Assembly: GCA_963643035.1 (NCBI GenBank)
Contig: CAVIKO010000004.1
Span: 3,248 to 67,247, forward strand
Direction: 5' to 3'
DNA length: 64,000 nt
Source of the DNA: a bacterium
Lineage (GTDB): Bacteria; Bacillota; Clostridia; Oscillospirales; CAG-272
The notes beneath the pieces were generated by a model. The model worked only from the letters and a program-made list of their open reading frames with translations, had not been told where the DNA came from and ran no database searches. The position numbers were made by a program, and so were the translations under genes. Position 1 is the stretch's first letter. Each line of letters begins with the position of its first letter. Below, piece after piece: positions 48,354 to 57,333 of the stretch.

Positions 48354-51300
48354 ATGGAAAAGGAAGCATTGTCCGCACTCTTTGAAAATCCCGGCTGTGC
48401 TTATCGTGCCAAACCGTTCTGGTCGTGGAACGGAGAGTTGCGTGAGGATGAGGTGCGCCGTCAGATCGGTGTCATGCAGGAGATGGGACTGGGCGGCTAC
48501 TTTATGCACTCCCGCGCCGGACTGATCACGGAATATCTCGGCAAGGAATGGTTCGAGCTGATAAATGCGGGAGCGGACGAGGGCGAAGCGCGCGGTATGG
48601 AGGCATGGCTGTACGACGAGGATCGCTGGCCGTCCGGCAGTGCAGGTGGAAAGGTTACTGTTGATCCGCAGTACCGGATGAAATCTCTCTGCATTGCGGA
48701 AACCGCCCCGGAGGTCTTTGCGTTTACGGAGGAAGTTCTTCTTGCCTTTGCCGCGAAAATTGACGGGATCAATCTTTATGATTACATCCCACTCACCGCA
48801 GAGGACGATATTGCTGCCGTGATCGAAAGGGTTGAAGCGCGGGATGCGGAGCTTCCCGGTGTTTGGCGCGCGCTGGCGTTCCGGATCGTCCCCGATGCGC
48901 CAAGCTCCAACTACAACGGAACCACATATATCGATACAATGAGCGAAAAGGCGACCCGCCGCTTCATCGAACTGACCCACGAGCAATATGCGGCGCATTG
49001 CGGGGATCGGCTCGGACGGAGCATCAAGGGAATTTTCGCCGACGAACCGCACCGTGGGCATGGGTTGGACGACCGGCGCGAGGAAAACGGTACGATCACC
49101 TGCTCTATGGCGTGGACGGACGATTTGTTTTCGGAATTTGTAAAGCGGTACGGGTATGACGCGCGCGATGTGTTGCCGGAGTTGTTTTACCGTAAAAATG
49201 GGGAACGCTTCGCCCCTGTCAAGCACGATTATTTTGACCTGTGCGACAATCTCTTTTTGGAACGGTTCGCCATGCCGATCAACGACTGGTGCAATGCGCA
49301 TGGGATCGCGTTCACAGGTCATGTGCTGCACGAGGATTCCCTCACGAATCAGTCCGTTCCACAGGGTTCTCTGATGCGCTTCTACGAATACATGGGCGTA
49401 CCGGGTGTAGATGTGCTGACAGAGGGAAACCGCTGCTACTGGGTCGTCAAACAGCTTGCCTCGGCGGCGAGACAGTTGGGCAAAAAATGGATGCTGTCTG
49501 AACTGTACGGCTGTACAGGCTGGCAGATGTCCATGAAGGGACACAAAGCGGTAGGCGATTGGCAGGCACTGTTCGGAATCAACCTACGCTGCCCGCATCT
49601 GTCGTGGTACACCATGGAGGGAGAATCCAAGCGCGACTATCCGGCAAGCATCCTCCATCAGTCCACGTGGTACCCGTATTATGGCGCGGTGGAATCGTAT
49701 TTTGCCCGGTTCGGTGCGTTGATGACGGAGGGAGAGCCGATGTGCGACGTACTGGTACTCAATCCCGTAGAGTCCGCATGGTCGCAGGCGTATCTCGGTT
49801 GGGCAGCGTGGATCAGTCCGGTATCACCCGAGGTGCAGGAGCTGGAGCGGCGGTACACGGAGACGTTCCATATGCTCACCGATCGTCACATCGATTTTGA
49901 TTACGCCGAGGAGCAGATGATGGCACGCCACGGCTCCATCGATAGAGACGAGGATGGCCGGGCGGTGCTGCGAATCGGGAAAATGGCGTATCGTGTCGTT
50001 GTGGTGTCCGGCATGGAAACGATCCGTCCAACGACCATTGCGCTCTTGCGGGACTTTCTCACTGCCGGCGGACAGGTTGTATTCGCAGGAGAACTGCCGG
50101 CATACGTCAACGCTGTTCCTTCCGACGCGCCCGTCGATCTTGCCGCGTCCGCTGTCTGTGTGCCGTTTGATGGGGATTGCCTTGCCGCCGCTGTCCGGAT
50201 GTTCTCGCGCTATTCTCTGTCTGTGGCAGACGAGACGGGAAAAGAGGCAAAAACGGTCTTTATCCAAATGCGCGATTACGGGGACAGTGCCGGAATGGTT
50301 TTATTGAACACCGACCGCGAGCGTCCGACCGGTACCGTTACAGTCCGGATTCCCTGCGGTGCGCCGATGCACGTGGAACTTTGGAATCTGGAGAATGGCA
50401 AACGGTTTGATGCGGACGCTCTTGCCGCCTATGCCGATGGCGTTCTCTCGATCCGTACTGCGCTGGATGCCGCCGGAACACGCGCTTTTGTGCTGACTGC
50501 GGAAGTGGATTGCACCTTACCTGCGCTGCCAAAACCGGGACAGGAATGCGCAAGGATCACGGTCAAGGGAGAATTCCCGTATCGGCTCAGCGAACAGAAT
50601 GTCTGCGTACTCGATTTTGCAAGGTTCCGTATGGAGGACGGCGCATGGTCTGCGGAAATGGAGATTCTCAAAGCGGATCAGGCACTTCGGGATTCCATCG
50701 GGATCGAGCGGCGCGGCGGGGAGATGCTCCAGCCGTGGTATGCAAAACTCCATGACAAGCGGGTTTACGGAAAATTGGAAGTCGAATTCGCTTTTGTAAT
50801 CGAAGAGGTGCCGGAAGGGGAAATCTATCTTGCGGGAGAACGCCCGGAAAATCTGCACTATAGCATCAATGGACACAGACTTGCAGTGCCGGAGGAACAC
50901 GATTTCTGGATCGATGACTGCTTCAAACGGATGCCCGTGCCGAGCGGGTACTTAAAGCCCGGCCGCAACATCGTGTCCTACACGGTCGATTTCATGCGCA
51001 CGACAAATCTGGAAGCACTATATCTCATCGGCGATTTTGGTGTGCGTCTTGAGGGACATACCCGCGTTCTGACTACCCTGCCGGAGCAGATCGGGAACGG
51101 TAATCTCGACATGTATCGTCTGCCTTTCTATACGGGTGAGGTGACATATCTGCTCACGCCGGAAAAATACGCGGGACTGGATAGAACAGGAGCCGATCGG
51201 GTACTCCTGTCTCCCACGGCGTTCACGGGCGCGCTTGTCAAGGTGTCCGCGCCGGGAGAGGAAACGCAGCTTCTTCTCTGGGATCCCTATGAGGCGGATG

Positions 51301-51506
51301 TCACGGAGGCGGTGCGTGCAGGAAAAACGATCGAAGTCACTGTGGTAGGAACGCGGCGCAACGTGTTCGGCCCCCTCCATCTTGTGCCTGCCATCCACGG
51401 AGCCTATGGCCCCGGTCATTTCGTAACAGAAGGCAGCGCATGGTCTGACGATTATGTGTTCGTGGATTCCGCATTGACCGGAATCACTTTGCGCACAATA
51501 TGGTAA
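48354..51506 (+). CDS. large putative glycoside hydrolase (family uncertain; possibly GH106-like)
   Basis: 1050 aa. The N-terminus (YRAKPFWSWNGEL...GLGGYFMHSR) is like uncharacterised 'glycosyl hydrolase' proteins. No signal peptide. Start is the internal ATG at 48354. Confidence 0.75.
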   Translation: MEKEALSALFENPGCAYRAKPFWSWNGELREDEVRRQIGVMQEMGLGGYFMHSRAGLITEYLGKEWFELINAGADEGEARGMEAWLYDEDRWPSGSAGGKVTVDPQYRMKSLCIAETAPEVFAFTEEVLLAFAAKIDGINLYDYIPLTAEDDIAAVIERVEARDAELPGVWRALAFRIVPDAPSSNYNGTTYIDTMSEKATRRFIELTHEQYAAHCGDRLGRSIKGIFADEPHRGHGLDDRREENGTITCSMAWTDDLFSEFVKRYGYDARDVLPELFYRKNGERFAPVKHDYFDLCDNLFLERFAMPINDWCNAHGIAFTGHVLHEDSLTNQSVPQGSLMRFYEYMGVPGVDVLTEGNRCYWVVKQLASAARQLGKKWMLSELYGCTGWQMSMKGHKAVGDWQALFGINLRCPHLSWYTMEGESKRDYPASILHQSTWYPYYGAVESYFARFGALMTEGEPMCDVLVLNPVESAWSQAYLGWAAWISPVSPEVQELERRYTETFHMLTDRHIDFDYAEEQMMARHGSIDRDEDGRAVLRIGKMAYRVVVVSGMETIRPTTIALLRDFLTAGGQVVFAGELPAYVNAVPSDAPVDLAASAVCVPFDGDCLAAAVRMFSRYSLSVADETGKEAKTVFIQMRDYGDSAGMVLLNTDRERPTGTVTVRIPCGAPMHVELWNLENGKRFDADALAAYADGVLSIRTALDAAGTRAFVLTAEVDCTLPALPKPGQECARITVKGEFPYRLSEQNVCVLDFARFRMEDGAWSAEMEILKADQALRDSIGIERRGGEMLQPWYAKLHDKRVYGKLEVEFAFVIEEVPEGEIYLAGERPENLHYSINGHRLAVPEEHDFWIDDCFKRMPVPSGYLKPGRNIVSYTVDFMRTTNLEALYLIGDFGVRLEGHTRVLTTLPEQIGNGNLDMYRLPFYTGEVTYLLTPEKYAGLDRTGADRVLLSPTAFTGALVKVSAPGEETQLLLWDPYEADVTEAVRAGKTIEVTVVGTRRNVFGPLHLVPAIHGAYGPGHFVTEGSAWSDDYVFVDSALTGITLRTIW

Positions 51507-51512
51507 CGGAAT

Positions 51513-51566
51513 AAAAAAGAAGCAGTACAGCTTTCCGAGCGTTCGGATCGCTGTACTGCTTTTTAT
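51513..51566. terminator. bidirectional intrinsic terminator
   Basis: AGCAGTACAGC (51521-51531) pairs with GCTGTACTGCT (51550-51560). It is flanked by an A-run and a T-run, between convergent genes. Confidence 0.85.
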
Positions 51567-51596
51567 CTTTTATAAGGTGGCTGCAAGACAAATGTG

Positions 51597-53399
51597 TTAC
51601 TGCTCTGCGTCCTCTTTTTCTTCCTCTACCACGGCAATACCGAGATCGCGGAGGGCATCAGGATCCGCGGGGGCAGGGCACTTGGACATCAGCTCAGAGG
51701 CGTTTTGTACTTTCGGGAATGCCACCACATCGCGCAGACTGTCGCAGCCGCACATCAGCATTGCCAGTCTGTCTAGTCCGAGCGCGGCTCCGCCATGCGG
51801 CGGCGCACCGTATTTGTACGCTTCGACAAGGAATCCGAACTTGCGGTCGATCTCTTCCTCGGTTAAACCGAGCCGACGGAACATATGCTGTTGCAGCTCG
51901 TAGTCCGTGATGCGGATGGAGCCGGAAGAAATTTCAATGCCGTTTAACACGAGATCGTAGCATTTTGCGCGAACCTTGCCCGGATCGGTGTCGATGTATG
52001 CGAGGCATTCGTCCAGCGGCATTGTAAACGGATGGTGCATCGCGAGCCATGTGCCGCTCTCTTCATCCCATTCAAAGAACGGGAATTCCGTAATCCACAG
52101 GAAGTTGTACGTGTTCGGGATGATGTCGAGCCGTTTTGCCATCATTTGCCGGAGTGCGCCGAGCGTCGGAAGAACTATGGAATCACGATCCGCCACAAAG
52201 AGCGCAACATCTCCCTTTTCACAACCGATCGCTGCCATCAGTGTGTCAAGTTCTCCCTCACCGAGGAATTTCGCAAAGGAACAGTTCGGCGTGTCCTCGT
52301 GGAACCGGATGAACGCCAGTCCCTTCGCGCCAATCCCCTTGGCATGTGCAGTCAGCTTGTCGATTTCCTTGCGGGAGTAGGTCGCCGCCGCGTTCTTTGC
52401 CACAATAGCGCGGACACTGCCGCCATTTGCGATGGCGTCTGCGAATACCGGGAACGTGCTATTCTTTACGAGGTCGGAAATATTCTGGATCTCCATGCCG
52501 TACCGGGTGTCCGGTTTGTCGGAGCCGTACCGTTCCATCGCATCGTGATAGGTCAGGCGCGGCAGGGGCAGCGGAATGTCCACGTTCAGGATCTCCTTGA
52601 AAAGCCGTTTGACGTAGCCTTCGTTCATCTCCATGATGTCCTCCTGATCCACAAAGGACATCTCTAAGTCGATCTGCGTAAATTCCGGCTGACGGTCGGC
52701 GCGCAGATCCTCATCACGGAAGCATCTTGCAAGCTGAATGTAGCGGTCGAAGCCAGAGAGCATCAGAAGCTGCTTGTAGATCTGCGGAGACTGCGGCAGG
52801 GCGTAAAAGCTGCCCTTGTGGATACGGGATGGCACCAGATAATCGCGCGCTCCCTCCGGCGTGGGCTTGATCATCATCGGCGTTTCGATTTCGATAAAGC
52901 CGTTTTCGTAGTAGTACTCTCTTGTTACCCGTGCGATTTCGTGGCGCATCAGAATGTTTTTCTGCAGCTCCGGACGGCGCAGATCGAGATACCGATACTT
53001 CAGCGCGGTTTCATCGCCGACGTTTGCCTTATCGCTGATTTCAAACGGCGGGGTCTGCGCAGCGGACAGCACTTTGAAATGGTCTACTGCAATCTCAATC
53101 TCCCCGGTTGCCATGTTTTTGTTGATCGCGTCCGCTCCACGGGAACGAACCACACCGCGCGCCGCCAGAACATATTCCGCACGTACGCCAAACGCAATTT
53201 TGAATAGCTCCGGATCGGTCTTGTCGTCAAAGGCGAGCTGCACAATCCCGGTGCGGTCGCGCAGATCAATGAAAATAAGACTGCCGAGATCTCTCTGCCG
53301 CTGACACCAGCCGAGTACGGCAACTTCCTTGCCGATGTCCGCGCTGGTCAGCGTCCCACAATAATGGGTTCTTTTGTCTTCCTTTGTAAAAAGTTCCAT
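51597..53399 (-). CDS. aspS: aspartate--tRNA ligase
   Basis: 600 aa with class II motifs (FRDEDLRADRQPEFTQID, GGAALGLDRL). Confidence 0.95.
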   Translation of the reverse strand: MELFTKEDKRTHYCGTLTSADIGKEVAVLGWCQRQRDLGSLIFIDLRDRTGIVQLAFDDKTDPELFKIAFGVRAEYVLAARGVVRSRGADAINKNMATGEIEIAVDHFKVLSAAQTPPFEISDKANVGDETALKYRYLDLRRPELQKNILMRHEIARVTREYYYENGFIEIETPMMIKPTPEGARDYLVPSRIHKGSFYALPQSPQIYKQLLMLSGFDRYIQLARCFRDEDLRADRQPEFTQIDLEMSFVDQEDIMEMNEGYVKRLFKEILNVDIPLPLPRLTYHDAMERYGSDKPDTRYGMEIQNISDLVKNSTFPVFADAIANGGSVRAIVAKNAAATYSRKEIDKLTAHAKGIGAKGLAFIRFHEDTPNCSFAKFLGEGELDTLMAAIGCEKGDVALFVADRDSIVLPTLGALRQMMAKRLDIIPNTYNFLWITEFPFFEWDEESGTWLAMHHPFTMPLDECLAYIDTDPGKVRAKCYDLVLNGIEISSGSIRITDYELQQHMFRRLGLTEEEIDRKFGFLVEAYKYGAPPHGGAALGLDRLAMLMCGCDSLRDVVAFPKVQNASELMSKCPAPADPDALRDLGIAVVEEEKEDAEQ

Positions 53400-53536
53400 T
53401 TTTTATCTTTATTTCCTTTCGCTGTATGTTTGTGGATATATCGCGGATTCTTCCGCTGTATGTGGGTTTCCGTGAGGAAAATCCGATGCGGTATCCTCTG
53501 TGCGCCGCATAGAATCGTTTTTCTCTCTGACAATCG

Positions 53537-54223
53537 TCAAAAGCCGAGCCGGGAAAGTAACGTTCCCCACCCGTTCTCCGCATCCTCCGGAGAGTCAAAA
53601 TTGAGTAGGAACCGCTCCGCGCCACATGGGATTTCCGTCTTTTCGTCCGGTACACAGAATAGACACTGTTCCACCGTGTATCCGTCCGGTATCGACATGG
53701 CAGGTGTAAGCGTGATTCCGTCACAGTCTACGCCCACTGGAACCGTATTCGCAGCAATTGCTGTCACGAGATTGGTCTTTGTGAGCGATTCCAACAGATG
53801 CGCCGCCGCCTGAGAGATTGTGCCGTCGAATACCGATGCCGCAAAACATATGTATTGGATTCCGCTTCCGCTTTTTTCGTATAACGCGTCGTTCTCTCGC
53901 CAGTCTCGCCCCATGTTCCGCCGGAATTTCGTGAGATACGCCTCGGTGAATTCCTCCGCCGTAATCCCATAGCATTCCATCATATCGAAGAGATACATGA
54001 ATACATCCGCGATCTCCTCCGTGAAATGCGCCCGGACGCTCTCGTTTTCCATGATCGCTGCCGCTCCCTTTTTCTTGAGAATCGCGATCACTTCCCCGAT
54101 CTCGTCGATGGACCAGAGCAGGCTCATGTGTCCCATCTCCGGCACCCGGTCGCGAATCCAGCCCTTCTCCACCGCAAGCCGGTGCTGCATATCCAGAAAT
54201 TCCCCAATCCGCGCATCCGCCAT
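53537..54223 (-). CDS. MazG-like nucleotide pyrophosphohydrolase domain protein with an uncharacterised C-terminal domain
   Basis: N-terminal EIGEV...EEIADVFMYLFDM MazG signature. The C-terminal 110 aa or so are not recognisable. RBS is GGGAGG. Confidence 0.8.
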   Translation of the reverse strand: MADARIGEFLDMQHRLAVEKGWIRDRVPEMGHMSLLWSIDEIGEVIAILKKKGAAAIMENESVRAHFTEEIADVFMYLFDMMECYGITAEEFTEAYLTKFRRNMGRDWRENDALYEKSGSGIQYICFAASVFDGTISQAAAHLLESLTKTNLVTAIAANTVPVGVDCDGITLTPAMSIPDGYTVEQCLFCVPDEKTEIPCGAERFLLNFDSPEDAENGWGTLLSRLGF

Positions 54224-54292
54224 AGAAAAAACCTCCCATGCTCCAAATGATTCAGAGAACCAGATATAGGGTAATCATGTCTAAAAAACAAG

Positions 54293-54430
54293 CCAAACGC
54301 CAAACTGCGTTCGCGCAGTCAAAAACGTTCTAAGCCAGCGAACGAGACAACCTGAGCACTTCCAAACCAAACAAGGCTGCAACACTATCTAACGAAAGTA
54401 CTTTTCCAAGAACGGCCAAACGTTCCAAAC
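54293..54430 (-). repeat. A/C-skewed spacer (G/T-rich on the transcribed strand) carrying three paired GTTTGG motifs
   Basis: Plus-strand CCAAACgCCAAAC (54293-54305), CCAAACCAAAC (54362-54372) and CCAAACgttCCAAAC (54416-54430). No convincing ORF. Confidence 0.5.
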
Positions 54431-54526
54431 CGAAATTACCCAAGCTTTCAAAGACGAAATTTATCTCATCCATTCATAAAAGGTTTGCCAGGCTTTTTCA
54501 AAAGCCGCGTTTTCCCCGCGTCCCCC

Positions 54527-55780
54527 TTACTCCAAAGCCGAGGCGATCTCCTCAATGCGCACGTCGTGCTGCTCGCCGGTCGCCATTTCCTTGAGAACGG
54601 CAGTGCCTGCTTCGATTTCGTTGTCGCCGAGCATCAGAACGTACTGTGCGCCGATCTTGTCCGCGTATTTCATCTGCGCTTTCAGACTCCGGCTCAGCAC
54701 ATCGCAGTCCGCGTTGATGCCGACGGAGCGCAGACCGTTCACGATCGTCAGCGCGCGCTGCTCCGCCGCCTTGCCCATCGACGCGATGTATAATTTTGGC
54801 TTGTTCGGATTTTCGATTGTCACGCCGCACTGCTGCATCGCCAAGATGAGTCGCGTGATACCCATACCAAAGCCGATGCCCGCCATCTTCGGACCGCCTA
54901 ACTCCTCCATCAGACCGTCGTACCGACCGCCGCCGCATACCGTGCTCTGTGCGCCGATGCCCTCCGCGATGAATTCAAATACGGTCCGCGTGTAGTAGTC
55001 GAGTCCCCGGACAATGTGCGGATCCATCACATAGGGAATTCCAGCAGCGTCCAGATCCGCCTGCAGCTCATGCAAATGCGCCTCGCATTCCGGACAGAGA
55101 TGATCAATTGTGTGCGGTGCGCCCTCCGCTACCTTCTTGCAAGAATCGTTCTTGCAGTCCAGAACGCGCAGAGGATTTGTCTCCATGCGGGAGAGACACG
55201 TGTCGCACAGCTCGTCCTTGTGCGCGCGCAGATATTCCTGCAGCTTTTCCCGGTAGACCGGACGGCACTGCGGACAACCGATGGAGTTCACATGGAGCCG
55301 CACATTCGTGATGCCCAGCTCCCGGATCGCTGTGGCCGCCAGAGAGAGGATCGTGAAATCCGCTCCCGCGCCGGGTGCGCCGAACATCTCTGTGCCGAAC
55401 TGTACAAACTCACGGCTTCTGCCCGCTTCCGGCTTTTCATACCGGAAACAGTTGATGATGTAGAAATATTTGAGCGGCAGGGTGTCCGATGCCTTGCCGT
55501 TTTCGATAATCGCGCGCACCACTGATGCCGTTCCCTCCGGACGCAGAGCATACATCGCGCCGTCCTTGTCCGTGAATGTGTACATTTCCTTCTGCACCAC
55601 GTCTGTCGATTCGCCGACACCACGCCGGAATAATCCGATTTCCTCAAACGTCGGTACCCGCACCTCGGAGAACCCAAATCGGGCTGCCACATCGCGTACT
55701 ACCTTTTCAATGTAATTCCATGTATATACGTCGGGAGCCAGAATGTCCATGGTCCCGCGCGGCTTCATGATCTTTTCCAT
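54527..55780 (-). CDS. hisS: histidine--tRNA ligase
   Basis: Motifs PRGTMDI and YFYIINCFRYEKPEAGRSREF. The start is uncertain (ATG 55780 or 55768; the ORF-track GTG at 55810 is less likely). Confidence 0.93.
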   Translation of the reverse strand: MEKIMKPRGTMDILAPDVYTWNYIEKVVRDVAARFGFSEVRVPTFEEIGLFRRGVGESTDVVQKEMYTFTDKDGAMYALRPEGTASVVRAIIENGKASDTLPLKYFYIINCFRYEKPEAGRSREFVQFGTEMFGAPGAGADFTILSLAATAIRELGITNVRLHVNSIGCPQCRPVYREKLQEYLRAHKDELCDTCLSRMETNPLRVLDCKNDSCKKVAEGAPHTIDHLCPECEAHLHELQADLDAAGIPYVMDPHIVRGLDYYTRTVFEFIAEGIGAQSTVCGGGRYDGLMEELGGPKMAGIGFGMGITRLILAMQQCGVTIENPNKPKLYIASMGKAAEQRALTIVNGLRSVGINADCDVLSRSLKAQMKYADKIGAQYVLMLGDNEIEAGTAVLKEMATGEQHDVRIEEIASALE

Positions 55781-55847
55781 ACTCTTCACTCGTCGTTCCT
55801 TTTCCTGCACGGATTCTCTATTTGCAATAAAGAACCGATTATTCTAT

Positions 55848-55876
55848 AGTATAGCAAAAAACGTGCGCTTTTACAA
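55848..55876 (-). promoter_or_regulatory. promoter of hisS
   Basis: Minus strand: TTGTAA, a 17-nt spacer, then TGcTATACT. The resulting leader is only about 60 nt. Confidence 0.55.
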
Positions 55877-56001
55877 GGGTATTTTCGCTTTTTCACGCAG
55901 ATTTGCCCCGGTTTTTTCGTATCCGCATCTTTCCATACCCCTGTCATACAAAATGAAATGCAAATCCGCACCGAAGTCCGTACCAAAACGCAATAAACCG
56001 C

Positions 56002-56030
56002 TTGACAAACCACGGCGGATATGCTATAAT
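56002..56030 (+). promoter_or_regulatory. perfect-consensus promoter of tRNA-Gln
   Basis: TTGACA (56002-56007), a 17-nt spacer, then TATAAT (56025-56030). The tRNA begins 10 nt downstream. Confidence 0.8.
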
Positions 56031-56040
56031 ATCCCTATGT

Positions 56041-56112
56041 TGGGGTATCGTCAAGCGGTAAGACACAGCACTTTGACTGCTGCATTCGCAGGTCCGAATC
56101 CTGCTACCCCAG
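56041..56112 (+). tRNA. tRNA-Gln (anticodon UUG)
   Basis: Hand-folded cloverleaf. Acceptor TGGGGTA/TACCCCA, D arm GTC-AAGCGGTAA-GAC, anticodon arm CAGCA-CTTTGAC-TGCTG, T arm GCAGG-TCCGAAT-CCTGC. Close to E. coli tRNA-Gln. No encoded CCA. Confidence 0.9.
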
Positions 56113-56117
56113 TTATG

Positions 56118-56149
56118 AAAAATCCTGCACATTTGTGTGGGATTTTTTG
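56118..56149 (+). terminator. intrinsic terminator after tRNA-Gln
   Basis: AAATCCTGCA pairs with TGTGGGATTT (with G-T pairs), followed by a T-run. Confidence 0.7.
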
Positions 56150-56233
56150 TGTATGTACGGCGTCGTTCCTACGTACAAGGTGACGTGGGACATAGCGGCA
56201 ATTTTGGCATATTCCACCCACCGGAGGTCACCC

Positions 56234-56411
56234 ATGCGGATCCATCCCTTATGACGACGCCTACCGCGACGATATGTTCGCTCTGGTTCTTTCTGTGTCA
56301 AGGATACGCTCAGGAGAAAGCCCACTTGAAACAGTGGTACAAGTCGTATGCTTTTACCTCAAACATGGGTACTCGGAATACACGCCGCGGTATAGGAAGA
56401 AGAAACTGTGA
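56234..56411 (+). pseudogene. frameshifted, internally collapsed GNAT acetyltransferase remnant (tentative)
   Basis: GGAGG plus ATG 56234 gives MRIHPL-stop. Removing one C from the CCC run restores MRIHPYDDAYRDDMFALVLSV...VVCFYLKHGYSEY. That has GNAT-like N- and C-termini but lacks the core. A strong terminator follows. Confidence 0.35.
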
Positions 56412-56413
56412 AC

Positions 56414-56462
56414 CAAAAAAAGCGTTGCCAGATGGATTTTTCCATACGGCAACGTTTTTTTG
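56414..56462. terminator. bidirectional intrinsic terminator
   Basis: CGTTGCC (56423-56429) pairs with GGCAACG (56448-56454), with an inner ATGGA/TCCAT pairing. It is flanked by an A7 run and a T7 run. Confidence 0.85.
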
Positions 56463-56553
56463 TGTTTCCCTAATTTTCCGGACGGTTCACACCAGATTGT
56501 CCAGCCATGCCTGCCATTTGGGGTTGGCTTCTATTTCCGCACGGACCGCGCCG

Positions 56554-56610
56554 TTACCGAGGACTGCTCCTCCGGAGCTTTGCGATGGTCTGACCCATGT
56601 TTTCGTACAT
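56554..56610 (-). pseudogene. 18-codon ORF (MYENMGQTIAKLRRSSPR) resembling the N-terminus of an XRE-family HTH regulator; likely a remnant
   Basis: It has its own extended -10 (TGgTATACT, 56645-56653, minus strand). RBS GAAGGAGGG lies 8 nt before the ATG. The bidirectional terminator lies downstream. Confidence 0.3.
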
Positions 56611-56727
56611 TCTGTAAACCCTCCTTCGTGTGGTTCCTGGCTACAGTATACCAGAGGGGCGGCGGGAATGGAAGGTATCAAAGCGGGAGAAAAAAACAAC
56701 CGGCGGTAGAGAGAAGAGGGGCGCGGT

Positions 56728-57297
56728 CTATTCGATCTCCATGTCATAGAAGAGACAGGGACCCTCGCAGCCTGTGATCCCGAGATGGAAGGCGGGGAAG
56801 AGATCCTCCGCCCGGAGCGAGACGCGCATTTGATCCAGCGTAATGTCGAGGTAGTTTTCCTTTACCTCCGTGGACAGCGTGTGGACCGCGTTTTCTTCGA
56901 CGGGGAATGCCACTCCGAGCCGCTTGTGCCATGTGACCTTGCCGTCCGCGCCGCGCCAGAGCCGCCAGACGTTCAGCCCACTTTTGTACAGCACCACCTC
57001 AAAGTAGTTGCCGTAGCGGTACACGCCGTCCTCGCACATGTCTAAGGCATCGGAGAAGATGAACAACGGCGCGGCATTGCCGGAGAACGAGCAGCGCGTG
57101 GTGATCTTTACGCCGAGCGGAAATTTTTCGCGCGTCATGATGGAGAGGTAGTCAAATCCATCTGCCATCTTCGGGTTCGCACCGTTTTCGATGCAGTCCT
57201 CGCGCTGGATGAATCGGTTGGTGTAGGGAAAACGATAGGTGTAGGCGTGGGTAACGGCAGATTCGTCCCATGCGTCTTTCTGAAAACGGATGTACAT
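56728..57297 (-). CDS. hypothetical protein (189 aa, cytoplasmic, family not recognised)
   Basis: Good RBS (AAGGAAGGA). Last gene of the sugar-kinase/transporter operon. Confidence 0.7.
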   Translation of the reverse strand: MYIRFQKDAWDESAVTHAYTYRFPYTNRFIQREDCIENGANPKMADGFDYLSIMTREKFPLGVKITTRCSFSGNAAPLFIFSDALDMCEDGVYRYGNYFEVVLYKSGLNVWRLWRGADGKVTWHKRLGVAFPVEENAVHTLSTEVKENYLDITLDQMRVSLRAEDLFPAFHLGITGCEGPCLFYDMEIE

Positions 57298-57333
57298 AAC
57301 ATATCCTTCCTTTGGGGTAATACAGACGCGTAT

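Noticed and set aside
54277-54333. 18-codon ORF MSKKQAKRQTAFAQSKTF in the hisS-mazG spacer
   Set aside because: It has no Shine-Dalgarno sequence and is antisense to the surrounding operon. It probably arises from the A/C-skewed composition.
55781-56000. Expected T-box riboswitch upstream of hisS (and upstream of aspS at 53400-53536)
   Set aside because: The predicted leader is only about 60 nt (137 nt for aspS). No T-box consensus (GGTGGTACCGCG-like) or specifier architecture is visible.
56137-56709. 190-aa plus-strand ORF downstream of tRNA-Gln
   Set aside because: It runs straight through a strong bidirectional terminator (56414-56462). It has no RBS and a low-complexity composition. The region is better explained by short remnants.
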